63,879 bases of DNA, filler included, from 7 parts of 7 records of this genome joined end to end with filler, not necessarily neighbours in it, one strand, 5' to 3'; counted from the first letter of the whole stretch, positions 21,213 through 31,289 are shown. The notes: generated by a model not told the origin, from the sequence alone. Numbers and translations: made by a program.

Positions 21213-22026
21213 GGTTAGTCCTTGAAAAGATATGAGCGCAGACCGCTTCGAGCACACCGCCGCCAATGGACAGGGCTTTGTCAGAAACTTCTCCGCAATA
21301 AGTCTTGGTGGCCCTTGGGTCGATGTCGCCGAGTTTGGTGCGTTTGCGTACCGGAGTTCCATTGCGCAATAGACCTCGGATAACACCGGAAATTTTTGCA
21401 ATCACCGGGGTTCCGTTAACATCTCCTAAAGTTTCGCCTTTCGAAATTTCATCACCGATGTCAAATTCGGTATTGAAAATCCCGCCATGATCGGCCCAGT
21501 AGACCCGTTCAACCGTGAAACCTTTGACGCTGCCCGGAATTCCGGTATTCGGTTCGGCGCTGCCTTCGGAGATTACCCGGCTCAGGTGATGTCCGCGTTT
21601 AGTCTCGATGACCTTGTGTACATCCTCTCCGGCGGTGAAGCCCGGTCCCAATCCGATGACCAGCGGGGCCATGTGAATTTCAGTACCGAGGTTTTTCTTG
21701 GCGATGATGGCGTCGATGAGGATTTCAGGTTTGATTTCAACCAGTTTGAGCAGACAGGGATCGCATAGAATTGCAATCGCATCCTTGTCCCATGCGGCAT
21801 CAGCTTCTTCCATGTTTTCAGTGAAGACAGCGGAAACTCCTTCCACCTGCACTTCGCCGTGATAAACGGCCTCGGAAAATGCAACCGTGCGCCGGACAGC
21901 CAGCGGATGACCGGTTTCGAGCATGATGATGCGGCGTAGTCCTGCACGGTAGAGGCGCATGGCAATACCCGTGGCAAGGTCACCCGCTCCACGGATGGCG
22001 ATTATGGGTGATAAGTAATTACCCAT
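21199..22026 (-). CDS. yqeB: Selenium-dependent molybdenum cofactor biosynthesis protein YqeB
   Basis: IRGAGDLATG, VRRTVAFSEA, GLGPGF, ETKRGH, PNTGIPG, GDIDPR, SDKALSIGGGVLEA. Confidence 0.93.
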   Translation of the reverse strand: MGNYLSPIIAIRGAGDLATGIAMRLYRAGLRRIIMLETGHPLAVRRTVAFSEAVYHGEVQVEGVSAVFTENMEEADAAWDKDAIAILCDPCLLKLVEIKPEILIDAIIAKKNLGTEIHMAPLVIGLGPGFTAGEDVHKVIETKRGHHLSRVISEGSAEPNTGIPGSVKGFTVERVYWADHGGIFNTEFDIGDEISKGETLGDVNGTPVIAKISGVIRGLLRNGTPVRKRTKLGDIDPRATKTYCGEVSDKALSIGGGVLEAVCAHIFSRTNHGFR

Positions 22027-22027
22027 T

Positions 22028-22657
22028 TTACGCACTCCGCTTTTCGTAGCGATCCAGCAATTGCCGGTATTCCAGTTCGGTATCAACATCAATGAACGGC
22101 CCGACCTCGTGGATACGCACCAGACGCAGGGCCAATCCGGGAGCTGCCAGCAGCGGGCGTGCTCCGGTATCGCCTTCCAGCTCCAGAGCACGGTCGAACC
22201 AGTCGGAGGGAATAGTTATGGGATTTCCGCGCATTCCTTCCTGAATGGGCGCGACCCAGCATTGCGGTTCCTGCGAAAATGCCCAGACCAGTCTGTCGAT
22301 GGTTTCCGGCTCAATGAGCGGTTGGTCACCGAGAAAGAACATGGCCCCCTGCACGCGGTCTTTGACGTTGCGTAGGCCCGCTTTGAAGGATTCTGCCTGA
22401 CCTTTATCGCGCTCGAGACTGCTGACCACTTCGCATCCTTCAAGATCAAGGATGGAGTGGAGCTCGGATTCTTCGGGCAGCACAACAGTTACGTTGTTGA
22501 GCTGTGAAGCTCGTGCCGCATCAATGACGTGTTGGACCATGGGTTTGCCCCGAAAGGGCAGGGACAATTTGTCCCTGCCCATGCGGGTGGCTTTTCCGGC
22601 TGCGAGGATGATGCCGGAAGTAATTGCTATTTCCTGTTTGAAGCTATGATCTGCCAT
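22028..22657 (-). CDS. mocA: Molybdenum cofactor cytidylyltransferase (MocA/YgfJ family)
   Basis: ILAAGKATRMGRDKL, LGDQP, GNP, GDTGAR, DVDT. Confidence 0.88.
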   Translation of the reverse strand: MADHSFKQEIAITSGIILAAGKATRMGRDKLSLPFRGKPMVQHVIDAARASQLNNVTVVLPEESELHSILDLEGCEVVSSLERDKGQAESFKAGLRNVKDRVQGAMFFLGDQPLIEPETIDRLVWAFSQEPQCWVAPIQEGMRGNPITIPSDWFDRALELEGDTGARPLLAAPGLALRLVRIHEVGPFIDVDTELEYRQLLDRYEKRSA

Positions 22658-22676
22658 AGGGCTAACCTTCCTGCGC

Positions 22677-23660
22677 TTACTTGGCGCACTCCATAAGCGT
22701 GTCGGCTACAATGGTTTTGGACATCTGGACCTTGTGGATGTTCTGGAAGAGCGGTTTTGCTTCCGCTACAGCCAGTTCTCCGGCATTTGCTGCCAATCCT
22801 TCGGAAAGGGGCTTGCCGATAAGAGCTTCCTCGGAAGTCTCGCAGCGGCGGGGATTGTTATGGACCCCGTTCAGGCAGATGCGGGCTGCGCAGATCTTGC
22901 CGTCAGTGATGGTGATGGAAGCGGCACAGTTTACAATGGCGAAGTCAATGGACTTGCGATAGGCGATCTTCATGAATGCGCTGGTAGAGCCTGCCTGCGG
23001 GCGGGGTACGAATATTTCAGTGACGATTTCATCGCGGTCCAGCACGGTGGAGCCTGCTCCGTTTTCAGCGGAGAAGAATTCGTCAATGGGGATTTCGCGC
23101 TTGGTGGTCTTAATGGTCGCATCAAGGGCAACAAAGGCCGGGGCAGTATCGCTGGGGTTTACAGCGATACATTTTTTCACCGCGCCGAAGATGGAGTGGA
23201 AACGGTGGTCACCGGGGACGGCGAGGCAGCGTTTTCCGCCTTTGCGCACGCAGTCGATGCGGCCGCCGATTTTGTCCGGGTAGCGATAGTACCAGCAGCG
23301 GTTTTCCTGACAGATATTCCCGGCAACGGTGCCCATATTGCGCAGCAAGGGGGATGCTGTGCGGCGGGCAGCTTCAGCAAGTCCGGGCCATGTCTCTTTT
23401 ACGGGCGAGGATTCGGAAAGTTCGGTGAGAGTCACCAGTGCGCCGATGTGCAGCCCGTCTTCCTTGACTTTTATCTCATTCAGTCCGGGGATGGTTTTCA
23501 GGTTGATGACCGCTTTGGGATATTCCATCCAAAGGTTGTCTTTGAGGCAGCCCATGAGGTCACTGCCGCCTGCGATTACGTAGGAGGAGTCTTTGTGTTC
23601 CTGCAAAAGTGATACGGCTTCCTCAATGCTGGAAGCATCAAAGTGATTGAAACGTCTCAT
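22677..23660 (-). CDS. Xanthine dehydrogenase family FAD subunit with [4Fe-4S] insertion (PaoB/HcrB type)
   Basis: IAGGSDL, ASPLLRNMGTVAGNI, Cys insert RCWYYR...DCVRKGGKRC...KCIAV, PSDTAPA. Confidence 0.92.
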   Translation of the reverse strand: MRRFNHFDASSIEEAVSLLQEHKDSSYVIAGGSDLMGCLKDNLWMEYPKAVINLKTIPGLNEIKVKEDGLHIGALVTLTELSESSPVKETWPGLAEAARRTASPLLRNMGTVAGNICQENRCWYYRYPDKIGGRIDCVRKGGKRCLAVPGDHRFHSIFGAVKKCIAVNPSDTAPAFVALDATIKTTKREIPIDEFFSAENGAGSTVLDRDEIVTEIFVPRPQAGSTSAFMKIAYRKSIDFAIVNCAASITITDGKICAARICLNGVHNNPRRCETSEEALIGKPLSEGLAANAGELAVAEAKPLFQNIHKVQMSKTIVADTLMECAK

Positions 23661-26029
23661 TATTTTTTCCTCCTTTTGGGCTGGATTTTGCCGAGGCCCT
23701 CAAGGATTTTATCGGGTGTGAACGGGGTTTCGATAATTCTTACGCCGATTGCGTTGAAAATGGCGTTGGAGAACGCAGCCAGAGAGGGGCAGGCCGCACC
23801 TTCTCCGCAGGCGGTGGCTCCGAAGGGGTGGGTTGGATCTCCGGGTTTCTCAATGACGATAGGTTCGACGTCGCATTCCATGGCAGTACTGTGGCGGTAG
23901 TCCACCCAGTTGGGGGTCATCAGCCAGCCGTTGCGTTTATCCACGATGCAGTCGTTACCGAGGATCGCGTTTTCCACTCCGTGTCTGGAGGTGGAAAGCT
24001 GCCCCGCAACGATTTTCGGGTTCAGGGCTTTACCTACGTTCTGGGCCATGATGACCTTGACGTTGGAGATCATCCCGGTTTCGGTGTCCACATCGAGGGA
24101 AATGAACTGCGCGCCTTTTTCCTTGGGGATGTAAACCTGATCTTCCTTGCCGTCCTTGAGTCCATTGGGGTGCGGGGAGTTGTTGACGTAGTATCCGGTT
24201 ACTTCGTGGATACCGCCGTAATGACCGCGTGCTCCGAATGCTTCGGCAAAGGTCAATCCTTTTTCCGGTTCGGCTGTGACAAAGATGCCTTTTTCATTCA
24301 TGGAAAGGGCCTGAGTAGGAACGCCGAGCTGGGCAGCGGCAAGGTCGAGGACCTGACGTTTGGCATCAAGAGCGGCTTCATAGGTGGCCCAGCCTTGAAT
24401 CCATGTCCCGCAGCTGTTGGCAACTAGGGTGGCAAAAGGTGTAGAATCGGTGTCGTGGCAGACAATGCCGATTTTTTTGTAGGGAAGTCCCAGCACATCG
24501 GCGACAATCTGGCATTGGACAGTATGCTGTCCCTGTCCGATATCGGCAATGGCGCAGACCAGCGCAGCTGAACCGTCGGGGTAGATTTTGACCATGGCCT
24601 CACTTGAGTTGCCCGGTCCGGGACGTCCTGCGCCCATGGCAAAAATGGCTACACCCATGCCGCTACGGATACGGCCTTCTTTTTTGCTGGGATGCTGCCA
24701 TTTGTTTTTCCAGTCGAGAAACTTGGCTCCTTCGTCAAGGCAGTCGCGGATGCCGGAAGAAGATATGTAGCAGGATTTATAAACCAGTGGGTCCCATCCG
24801 GAGTCGATATCTCCGGTGCGCATGCAGTTTTTCTTGCGGATTTCAACCGGGTCCATGCCCATCTGATCTGCGGCAATATCCATGGTGGTTTCCACGGCAA
24901 AAACACCTTCGGGTGCGCCGTAGCCCTGCCAGCCTGCAGCCGGGAAGCGGTTGGTATTTACGTAGCGGATTTTACCGCGCAAGTGCTCGCAGTTATGGGA
25001 ATACAAAACCGCGCCCGTGGCCAGCATGGCGTTCTTAGCCGGGTATTTATCGCCGCCTGCGCCTGTCTCCTGCCAGTGGGCAATTTCCATGGTGGTCAGG
25101 GTACCGTCTTCTTTGAAGCCGATTTTTACATCGCCGATGCTGCCGCGAGACCAGCCGGAAACCATTTCTTCTTCGCGGGAATAAGGGCAGTGTACGGGTT
25201 TTTTAAGATCAAGGCAGGCCAGCCCGGCGATTACCAGATAGTGGGATGCGATGTTGCGGTCCAGCGGGAATGCGTTTTTGCCACCGAAGCTTGATCCGGT
25301 GAACGGGGAAACATAGTTGAGCATGTTGGCACTGATGCCCAGAGCCTGCGCAAGGCAGAGCTTTTCATCATGCAGTCCTTGTGAATGGGTGTAGATGTGC
25401 AGCTTGGTGCCGTCGAAATTGGCGGAGCAACCGCGTGGCTCCATGGCTGGACCTTTGCAATAGGCGTATTTGAGGCCCTTCTGCTCAATAACAACGTCCG
25501 CTTCGTTAAAGCCTTTATCGATATTTCCAAAACCGTTGTATTCCGCCGGGGTTTTGGTCTTGAACAATCGAGTCTCAGGATCACGGTCGCTGAGGATGGC
25601 ATGGAAAGCCCAGTCCTGACAGTTGTCTACGCCGTCAAAAACCTGCGGGGAACCTTCTTTGATGCCGTCTTCGATACTCAGTACCGGCTTTTTCTTTTCG
25701 TATTCCACCTCGATGAGTTCCATGGCCTCAAGGGCGATGGTTTCATCCTCGGCAACCACAGCGGCAACTAAGTCACCTACGTAGTAAAGGCTTTTGCGGA
25801 AAGCCTTGGGATAGTTCTCGTGGGTCATAATCAGATGCACGCCTTGTACCTTTTCAGCCGCGCTCGTATCGATGGATACGATGTCGGCAGCAGGATAAGG
25901 GGAACGCAGAATGCGGATCTGGAGCATGCCCGGAAAGATGAAGTCTGCGTAATATTTAGCTGAACCGGTTACGCGGGCCGGACCGTCTTTCTGGCGGACG
26001 GAGGTTCCGATGGAATTGGTTTTGATCAT
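23660..26029 (-). CDS. Xanthine dehydrogenase family molybdopterin-binding subunit
   Basis: RVTGSAKYYAD, ILRSPYP.A, MEPRG, FGGK, DIGQG, DTD, GE near the C-terminus, PFTPDKI. ATG 26029 is coupled to the upstream stop (TAATG). Confidence 0.93.
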   Translation of the reverse strand: MIKTNSIGTSVRQKDGPARVTGSAKYYADFIFPGMLQIRILRSPYPAADIVSIDTSAAEKVQGVHLIMTHENYPKAFRKSLYYVGDLVAAVVAEDETIALEAMELIEVEYEKKKPVLSIEDGIKEGSPQVFDGVDNCQDWAFHAILSDRDPETRLFKTKTPAEYNGFGNIDKGFNEADVVIEQKGLKYAYCKGPAMEPRGCSANFDGTKLHIYTHSQGLHDEKLCLAQALGISANMLNYVSPFTGSSFGGKNAFPLDRNIASHYLVIAGLACLDLKKPVHCPYSREEEMVSGWSRGSIGDVKIGFKEDGTLTTMEIAHWQETGAGGDKYPAKNAMLATGAVLYSHNCEHLRGKIRYVNTNRFPAAGWQGYGAPEGVFAVETTMDIAADQMGMDPVEIRKKNCMRTGDIDSGWDPLVYKSCYISSSGIRDCLDEGAKFLDWKNKWQHPSKKEGRIRSGMGVAIFAMGAGRPGPGNSSEAMVKIYPDGSAALVCAIADIGQGQHTVQCQIVADVLGLPYKKIGIVCHDTDSTPFATLVANSCGTWIQGWATYEAALDAKRQVLDLAAAQLGVPTQALSMNEKGIFVTAEPEKGLTFAEAFGARGHYGGIHEVTGYYVNNSPHPNGLKDGKEDQVYIPKEKGAQFISLDVDTETGMISNVKVIMAQNVGKALNPKIVAGQLSTSRHGVENAILGNDCIVDKRNGWLMTPNWVDYRHSTAMECDVEPIVIEKPGDPTHPFGATACGEGAACPSLAAFSNAIFNAIGVRIIETPFTPDKILEGLGKIQPKRRKK

Positions 26030-26254
26030 TAGCACTGCTCCTTGGCCATTTTCTTTGCCGCACTGCGCACGGCATTGATGATGTGCTCGTAGTTGCTGCA
26101 AATACAGATGTTACCGCTGATGGCTTCCTTGATTTCATCATCGCTGGGATGTGCGTTTTTCAGCAGCAGAGCCTTGGTGGACATGATCATGCCCGGGGAG
26201 CAGAATCCGCACTGAGATCCGTACTCTTCAAGCCATGCTTCCTGAATGGGATGC
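26029..26254 (-). CDS. Xanthine dehydrogenase family (2Fe-2S) subunit, 5'-truncated
   Basis: Hand translation: HPIQEAWLEEYGSQCGFCSPGMIM...EAISGNICICSNY...AKEQC*. Confidence 0.92.
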
Positions 26255-26354
26255 NNNNNNNNNNNNNNNNNNNNNNNNNNNNNNNNNNNNNNNNNNNNTT
26301 AATTAATTAANNNNNNNNNNNNNNNNNNNNNNNNNNNNNNNNNNNNNNNNNNNN
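26255..26354. other. Artificial contig spacer
   Basis: N-run plus TTAATTAATTAA. Confidence 0.99.
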
Positions 26355-26386
26355 CCGGAAAATTGCTCTGAAAGCCTTGATTTCGG

Positions 26387-26444
26387 TTGACAAACCCGGG
26401 AGTATTTGATTGAGTGAACATGTACACTGAGATTACACGTTCAC
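26387..26444 (+). promoter_or_regulatory. TTGACA box and inverted repeat; probable TetR autoregulatory operator
   Basis: TTGACA at 26387; GTGAACATGTA-N9-TACACGTTCAC (10/11 match) at 26414-26444, just upstream of the tetR ATG. Confidence 0.55.
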
Positions 26445-26455
26445 AACTGGTGGCT

Positions 26456-27070
26456 ATGACAGAAAAACCAAGAAAAACCCACAGGCAGATGCAAAAAGAG
26501 GATACCAGAAGGATCATTTTGGATTCAGCCTATCACCTGTTTGCCGAAAAAGGGTATGCCAAGACAACGATGCGCTCCCTGGCAAAACATGCAGGCGTGG
26601 GCCTGGGCACAATCTCTAAACATTTTCCCGATAAACCGTCGTTGCTTGCTGCCGCATTTCAGGAGGATTTAGGTCAAATCGTTCAGGATGCCCTGGTTTC
26701 CCTTCCTGGGAAGGGGTTAATAAACCAGCTGCTTCATATCGTTGAAAACATATATACCTTTTATGCGGCACAACCCAATGTCTCCCGTGCGCTGATCAAA
26801 GAGAGTTTATTTCTGGACGGTGCCTATGGAAAGGCTCTTGATGCCCAGGTGTATGAATTGCTGGGAAAAATTCACGGTTTAATTGAAACGGCCATGGCAG
26901 ATGGCGAGATTGACCCTGAGATCAAGATTGAAGCCGGAGCCCAGGCCTTCTGGTCTTTTTATTTTATGGTTCTTATTGTGGGGCTTAAAGAACCGGTCTT
27001 CGATAAAGACAGGCAATTGAAGATGTTGAAAAATCTTCTGGTACAACATTTTTACGGGCGGGGAGGATAG
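26456..27070 (+). CDS. TetR/AcrR family regulator
   Basis: TRRIILDSAYHLFAEKGYAKTTMRSLAKHAGVGLGTISKHFPDK HTH. Confidence 0.93.
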   Translation: MTEKPRKTHRQMQKEDTRRIILDSAYHLFAEKGYAKTTMRSLAKHAGVGLGTISKHFPDKPSLLAAAFQEDLGQIVQDALVSLPGKGLINQLLHIVENIYTFYAAQPNVSRALIKESLFLDGAYGKALDAQVYELLGKIHGLIETAMADGEIDPEIKIEAGAQAFWSFYFMVLIVGLKEPVFDKDRQLKMLKNLLVQHFYGRGG

Positions 27071-27163
27071 GCGTTGAAACCCTTTACCGTGTAAAGGATT
27101 TTGTTTAGAATTCCTGTTTCAGCCGGCCGTATTTCTTTCCAGGTAAAAGGACTGAGGCATTCG

Positions 27164-28396
27164 ATGAACCATTTATCCATCAAAAGCGTATTCATACTCA
27201 TCACCCTCCTGGTTGTATCCGGGTGCACAACAATAAAAGCCGTATCCGTGATGAACAGGGGCCGGCTTACATCGGATCAGATACAAGAGAGTGTCATTCC
27301 GTTTGACCTCAGAGGGGGGCATGTCATTGTCCTGCCGGTGAGAATCAACAATTCGGAGATGGTTTACGATTTTATGCTGGATACCGGGGCATTGACCGTT
27401 GTCAGCCGGAAAGTCGCCGAGGAGTTGGACCTGCCTTCAGGCGTCGAAGTGATGGCACACGACACAGCCGGAGGCTCAAAGCCCATGCAGCTGATCAATC
27501 TTGATGCCCTTGAGCTGGGTGAGATGGAAATTGCCGAATGCCCTGCCGGAATTATTGATCTGTCCGGATTCGGCGGACAGCTCAAAAATCGGGACATGAA
27601 GGTGGACGGGCTTATAGGCTCCAATTTTTTACGGTATTTCAAAGTCACCATCGACTATGGAAAACGGCAGTTGATCCTCTCGAATCATACCGGGTCCGAA
27701 CCGGTTGCCCATGGTAGTTATCGATTTTCGTTTTCATCGGAAATGCAAAGGGGCTACGCCCCGACAATTGAATGCCTGGTGGAAGACAAGATCCGGTGTC
27801 CCGGGATCATTGACACGGGAGCCCCCTTTGTGGCCACCCTGCCGTCTTCGCTTGTTGAGAAAACAAAGGCATATTCCACGGGCCGGGTGGTAAAGGCAAA
27901 GGGCAATGTGTGGGGCGGGGCATTCAAGGCCTCTGAGAACAATGCCCTTTTGAGGGTCTCCGCACTGCAGATGGGGGAATTGCGGCTTCATGATCTTCCG
28001 ATGCTCTCTTTACCCCATCGACAGATGCTTATCGGGAAAAAATTTCTGGAAAAATTCCGTGTTACACTGAATTACCCGGCCCGGGAGATGACCCTGTCAC
28101 CCTGCGGAGAAATAAAGTTCAACTCAAACATCTATTCCTTCGGGGCCGTTGTCCGAAAAGACGATGCCGGCAGAACTATTGTAGCCGGTTTCTGGGAAGG
28201 ATCCTCTGCAGACAGATCCGGTATTTGCATTGGCGATGAACTGGTGACGGTTGACGGGAAAAATGTCCGGGACCTGTCACCGCTGGAAATTGAAACACTT
28301 TACCATGATGACAGGGTACAGGAGATAGAGGTGGTGTACAAAAACCGTTCGGGTTTTCACAAAATCAAGGTCAGAAAGGAGATGCTTTTACCCTAG
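27164..28396 (+). CDS. Lipoprotein aspartyl protease (two retropepsin-like lobes) with C-terminal PDZ domain
   Basis: Lipobox VVSGC; LDTGA and IDTGA; GLIGSNFL; PDZ SADRSGICIGDELVTVDG. Confidence 0.85.
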   Translation: MNHLSIKSVFILITLLVVSGCTTIKAVSVMNRGRLTSDQIQESVIPFDLRGGHVIVLPVRINNSEMVYDFMLDTGALTVVSRKVAEELDLPSGVEVMAHDTAGGSKPMQLINLDALELGEMEIAECPAGIIDLSGFGGQLKNRDMKVDGLIGSNFLRYFKVTIDYGKRQLILSNHTGSEPVAHGSYRFSFSSEMQRGYAPTIECLVEDKIRCPGIIDTGAPFVATLPSSLVEKTKAYSTGRVVKAKGNVWGGAFKASENNALLRVSALQMGELRLHDLPMLSLPHRQMLIGKKFLEKFRVTLNYPAREMTLSPCGEIKFNSNIYSFGAVVRKDDAGRTIVAGFWEGSSADRSGICIGDELVTVDGKNVRDLSPLEIETLYHDDRVQEIEVVYKNRSGFHKIKVRKEMLLP

Positions 28397-28491
28397 GATA
28401 TAATGTCTTTTTTGGGTGTCCTCAAACAAATTATTTGATTTTTTCAAAGACAGGCCGGGAATTCTCGTATCCGGCAAAAGGGTGAGTCCAA

Positions 28492-29859
28492 ATGAAAACA
28501 ACAGATCGAATTCCGTTCCGGTTTTCAGACGGGATAAATTATTTTGCATCAGCTGCCTATGTCCCTGAAATCCATTTGATCCTGGATTTTGATGCCAAAC
28601 TAGAGGCGGATAGACTGCAAAGGGCGCTGGGGCTGCTTGTCGACGCCGAGCCGGTTCTGGGATGCCGGTTTGTCGAAAATTTCTGGAAAGCCTTCTGGGA
28701 ACCCATTCCCGAAGATGAACTGGACAGGGCAAGCCTTCTGGAAAGAAAATCCGGCTCCCTGTCGGAACAGGAGGCGGCATTAAACACTTTTTTTGGGGAA
28801 GCCATCGACAGTTCATCGGGCCCTCAATTCAAGGCCATGCTCTTTTCCCGGCAGGGCGGGGAGAGTCTGGTCCTCAAGATCAGCCATCTTGTCTGTGATG
28901 CCGGCGGATTCAAAGAACTGCTCTACCGGCTATCCTCAATATACAGCAGATTGGAATCTGATCCGGATTTCAGGCCGGAGGTTAGAAACGGTTCCCGCAG
29001 TCTGGGTCAAGTGTACCGGAATTTCAGCCCCTTTGTCAGGCTCGGTATTTTCCAAAGAGGACTCAAGGAGCTTTTCCGGGCCGCGAAACCGTCACAATCC
29101 CAACAATATCCGGCCGTGAAAGAGAGGCAGGGGCCGGTTCATTTCAAATTTAAGCATTTTTCCCGTGAACGGTCCGCCCGGGTTATGGCATATGGGCGGC
29201 AACATGATGCCACAGTGAACGATGTGGTTGTTACGGCGGTGTTTAGAGCCATTGCCAGGCAGGCCGGCTGGGAGGTGAATAAAGCCGGGGCCATGCGAAT
29301 TAATGGAACCGTGGACCTCAGGCGGTATCTTCCGTCCGGAAAGGCAGATGCCCTGTGTATGCTGTCCGGGGTTTATTCGGTGGTTATGGAAGATGCTGTT
29401 GATGAGTGTTTCGAAGATACCCTGGTTAAAATTCGATTGAAGATCGGCGAGCAAAAGGAAAATTATTTCGGCCTGGGTATCATGCTGGTGCTCTATTGCA
29501 TGCTGTCCCCTTATCCCTTTTTCATGAAAAAACGGGCGTTAAAAAAACAATGGCGTGAAAATCTGGATAAGGGCAGGGTCCCGCCCGGCATGACTAATTT
29601 AGGCCGTATTGACCATAAAAAAACGGGGTTTGACGGGGCCGCTGTCCAAGCGGTCCATATGGCGGCCCCGGCCTGCTGCCCGCCCTGGTTTTCCTGCGGC
29701 CTGTCTGAATTTTCAGGCAGGCTGACCTTAAGCACCGGGTTTTATCCGTCGTCCATTCCCGCCGGGCAAATTAAATATTTTTTTACACTTGTTGATGAAG
29801 AACTTCCCGGTAATTGCACCGGTCGGTCTTATCCGGCCGAAAACGAGGTGATGAAATGA
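28492..29859 (+). CDS. Stand-alone condensation-fold (CoA-dependent acyltransferase) protein
   Basis: ISHLVCDAGG (HxxxD(G) motif), ATVNDVVVTA, VDLRRYL, TNLG. Confidence 0.75.
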   Translation: MKTTDRIPFRFSDGINYFASAAYVPEIHLILDFDAKLEADRLQRALGLLVDAEPVLGCRFVENFWKAFWEPIPEDELDRASLLERKSGSLSEQEAALNTFFGEAIDSSSGPQFKAMLFSRQGGESLVLKISHLVCDAGGFKELLYRLSSIYSRLESDPDFRPEVRNGSRSLGQVYRNFSPFVRLGIFQRGLKELFRAAKPSQSQQYPAVKERQGPVHFKFKHFSRERSARVMAYGRQHDATVNDVVVTAVFRAIARQAGWEVNKAGAMRINGTVDLRRYLPSGKADALCMLSGVYSVVMEDAVDECFEDTLVKIRLKIGEQKENYFGLGIMLVLYCMLSPYPFFMKKRALKKQWRENLDKGRVPPGMTNLGRIDHKKTGFDGAAVQAVHMAAPACCPPWFSCGLSEFSGRLTLSTGFYPSSIPAGQIKYFFTLVDEELPGNCTGRSYPAENEVMK

Positions 29860-31289
29860 GAAAAGATGCATATCAAGGCCATACCCTTTTGATTAAAAAT
29901 GCCAGAATAATTGACGGCCTGGGGTCCGTTCAAAATGAGCTTCAGGGTATTTACATTGAAAATGGTAAAATCATTGAGCTAGGTCAGAATCTGCCTGCCG
30001 ACGGGGTTCCTGTCCTTGATGCCGCAGGGGCAACGGTAATGCCCGGCCTTATCGATGCCCATGTCCATCTGCAAAGCGTCCCCGGATCTGTTTTCCGCAA
30101 AGACAGCCATGAAACCCTTCAAAAATACCGGTATCATCAATTGCGGGCGTATCTTGCCTGCGGAATAACCACGGTATTGGATAATGCCATTTCAGCCCCG
30201 ATGTTACGGGAGTTTCAGGACTATCTGGCTTCCGGCGGGGCCGGCCCCCGTTTATATGCCCTGGCGCCGGCTTTTTACCCGCCTAACGGCTATCTGGATC
30301 ATGATATGCTGACCTCCTATTGGGGGCCGCAATGGCGGCCCGCCGCCACAAAAGAAGATATTGAGGCCTTGTTTTCCGAATACGAAGGCATCGATCACAT
30401 CGTCGGTGTAAAAACAATGCTTGAAACCGGTTTCGGCAGGTCGAACATCTGGCCCCTGCATACCCCAAAGATTCGCAGGATCATCGTTGATGAGGCCGCC
30501 AGAAGAAACCTGCCCGTTTATATCCACGCCTACAAGGAAAAGGAACAGGCAGTCGGATTGGAGATGGGGGTTCATAATTTTGTCCATTCCGGATTTATAT
30601 TTAAACAGCCCAAAAAGGATTTTCTGGACCGGATGAAACGCCAGGGCACTTATTTAACCACCACATTATCATGTACCTTTGATCAGATGCTGGTCAACTT
30701 TGATCTTAAAAGGCTGGATGACGGGTTTTTAAAATTAAGGGTGCCCGATGAATTATTAGAAACCGCGGCAAATCTTGAGGCCTGGAAAGACTACTACACC
30801 AGGTTTTTCAAAAATTCCGCTCCCAAATGGATGCCATCCTTTATTTTAAAGGCGATTCCCAGATTAATGAACATTGAAAAAATGATCCGGTCCTGCCTGA
30901 AAAGCGCCTCGGATGCTGTTTTAACAATGTACAAATCCGGGATTCCCATAGTGGTGGGGACGGATGCCTCAAGCTGGCCGGTATTTCTCAATTTTTTCCA
31001 CGGCCCCAGTACCATTCGGGAAATCGAACTTTTGGGCAGCCTCGGGATTCCCCCCATGGACGTGATTTCATCAGCCACCAGAATCCCTTCGGAAATGATG
31101 GGGCTTGAAAAGCGCATCGGCACTGTTGAGCCGGGAAAACGGGCTGATCTCATCGTCGTCCGGGAGGATCCCCTTGAAAATTTGTCAGCGTTGAAGTCCA
31201 TCCTGTGGACCATCAAGGACGGCGAGGCCCGCAGGCCTGAAGAATGGATGGCCGCCCCGTCAAGCCGGCCCCAAATGCCCGAAGCTTGA
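29856..31289 (+). CDS. Metal-dependent amidohydrolase
   Basis: MPGLIDAHVH, IHA, VH, GTD, GTVEPGKRADLIVV. Confidence 0.9.
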   Translation: MRKDAYQGHTLLIKNARIIDGLGSVQNELQGIYIENGKIIELGQNLPADGVPVLDAAGATVMPGLIDAHVHLQSVPGSVFRKDSHETLQKYRYHQLRAYLACGITTVLDNAISAPMLREFQDYLASGGAGPRLYALAPAFYPPNGYLDHDMLTSYWGPQWRPAATKEDIEALFSEYEGIDHIVGVKTMLETGFGRSNIWPLHTPKIRRIIVDEAARRNLPVYIHAYKEKEQAVGLEMGVHNFVHSGFIFKQPKKDFLDRMKRQGTYLTTTLSCTFDQMLVNFDLKRLDDGFLKLRVPDELLETAANLEAWKDYYTRFFKNSAPKWMPSFILKAIPRLMNIEKMIRSCLKSASDAVLTMYKSGIPIVVGTDASSWPVFLNFFHGPSTIREIELLGSLGIPPMDVISSATRIPSEMMGLEKRIGTVEPGKRADLIVVREDPLENLSALKSILWTIKDGEARRPEEWMAAPSSRPQMPEA

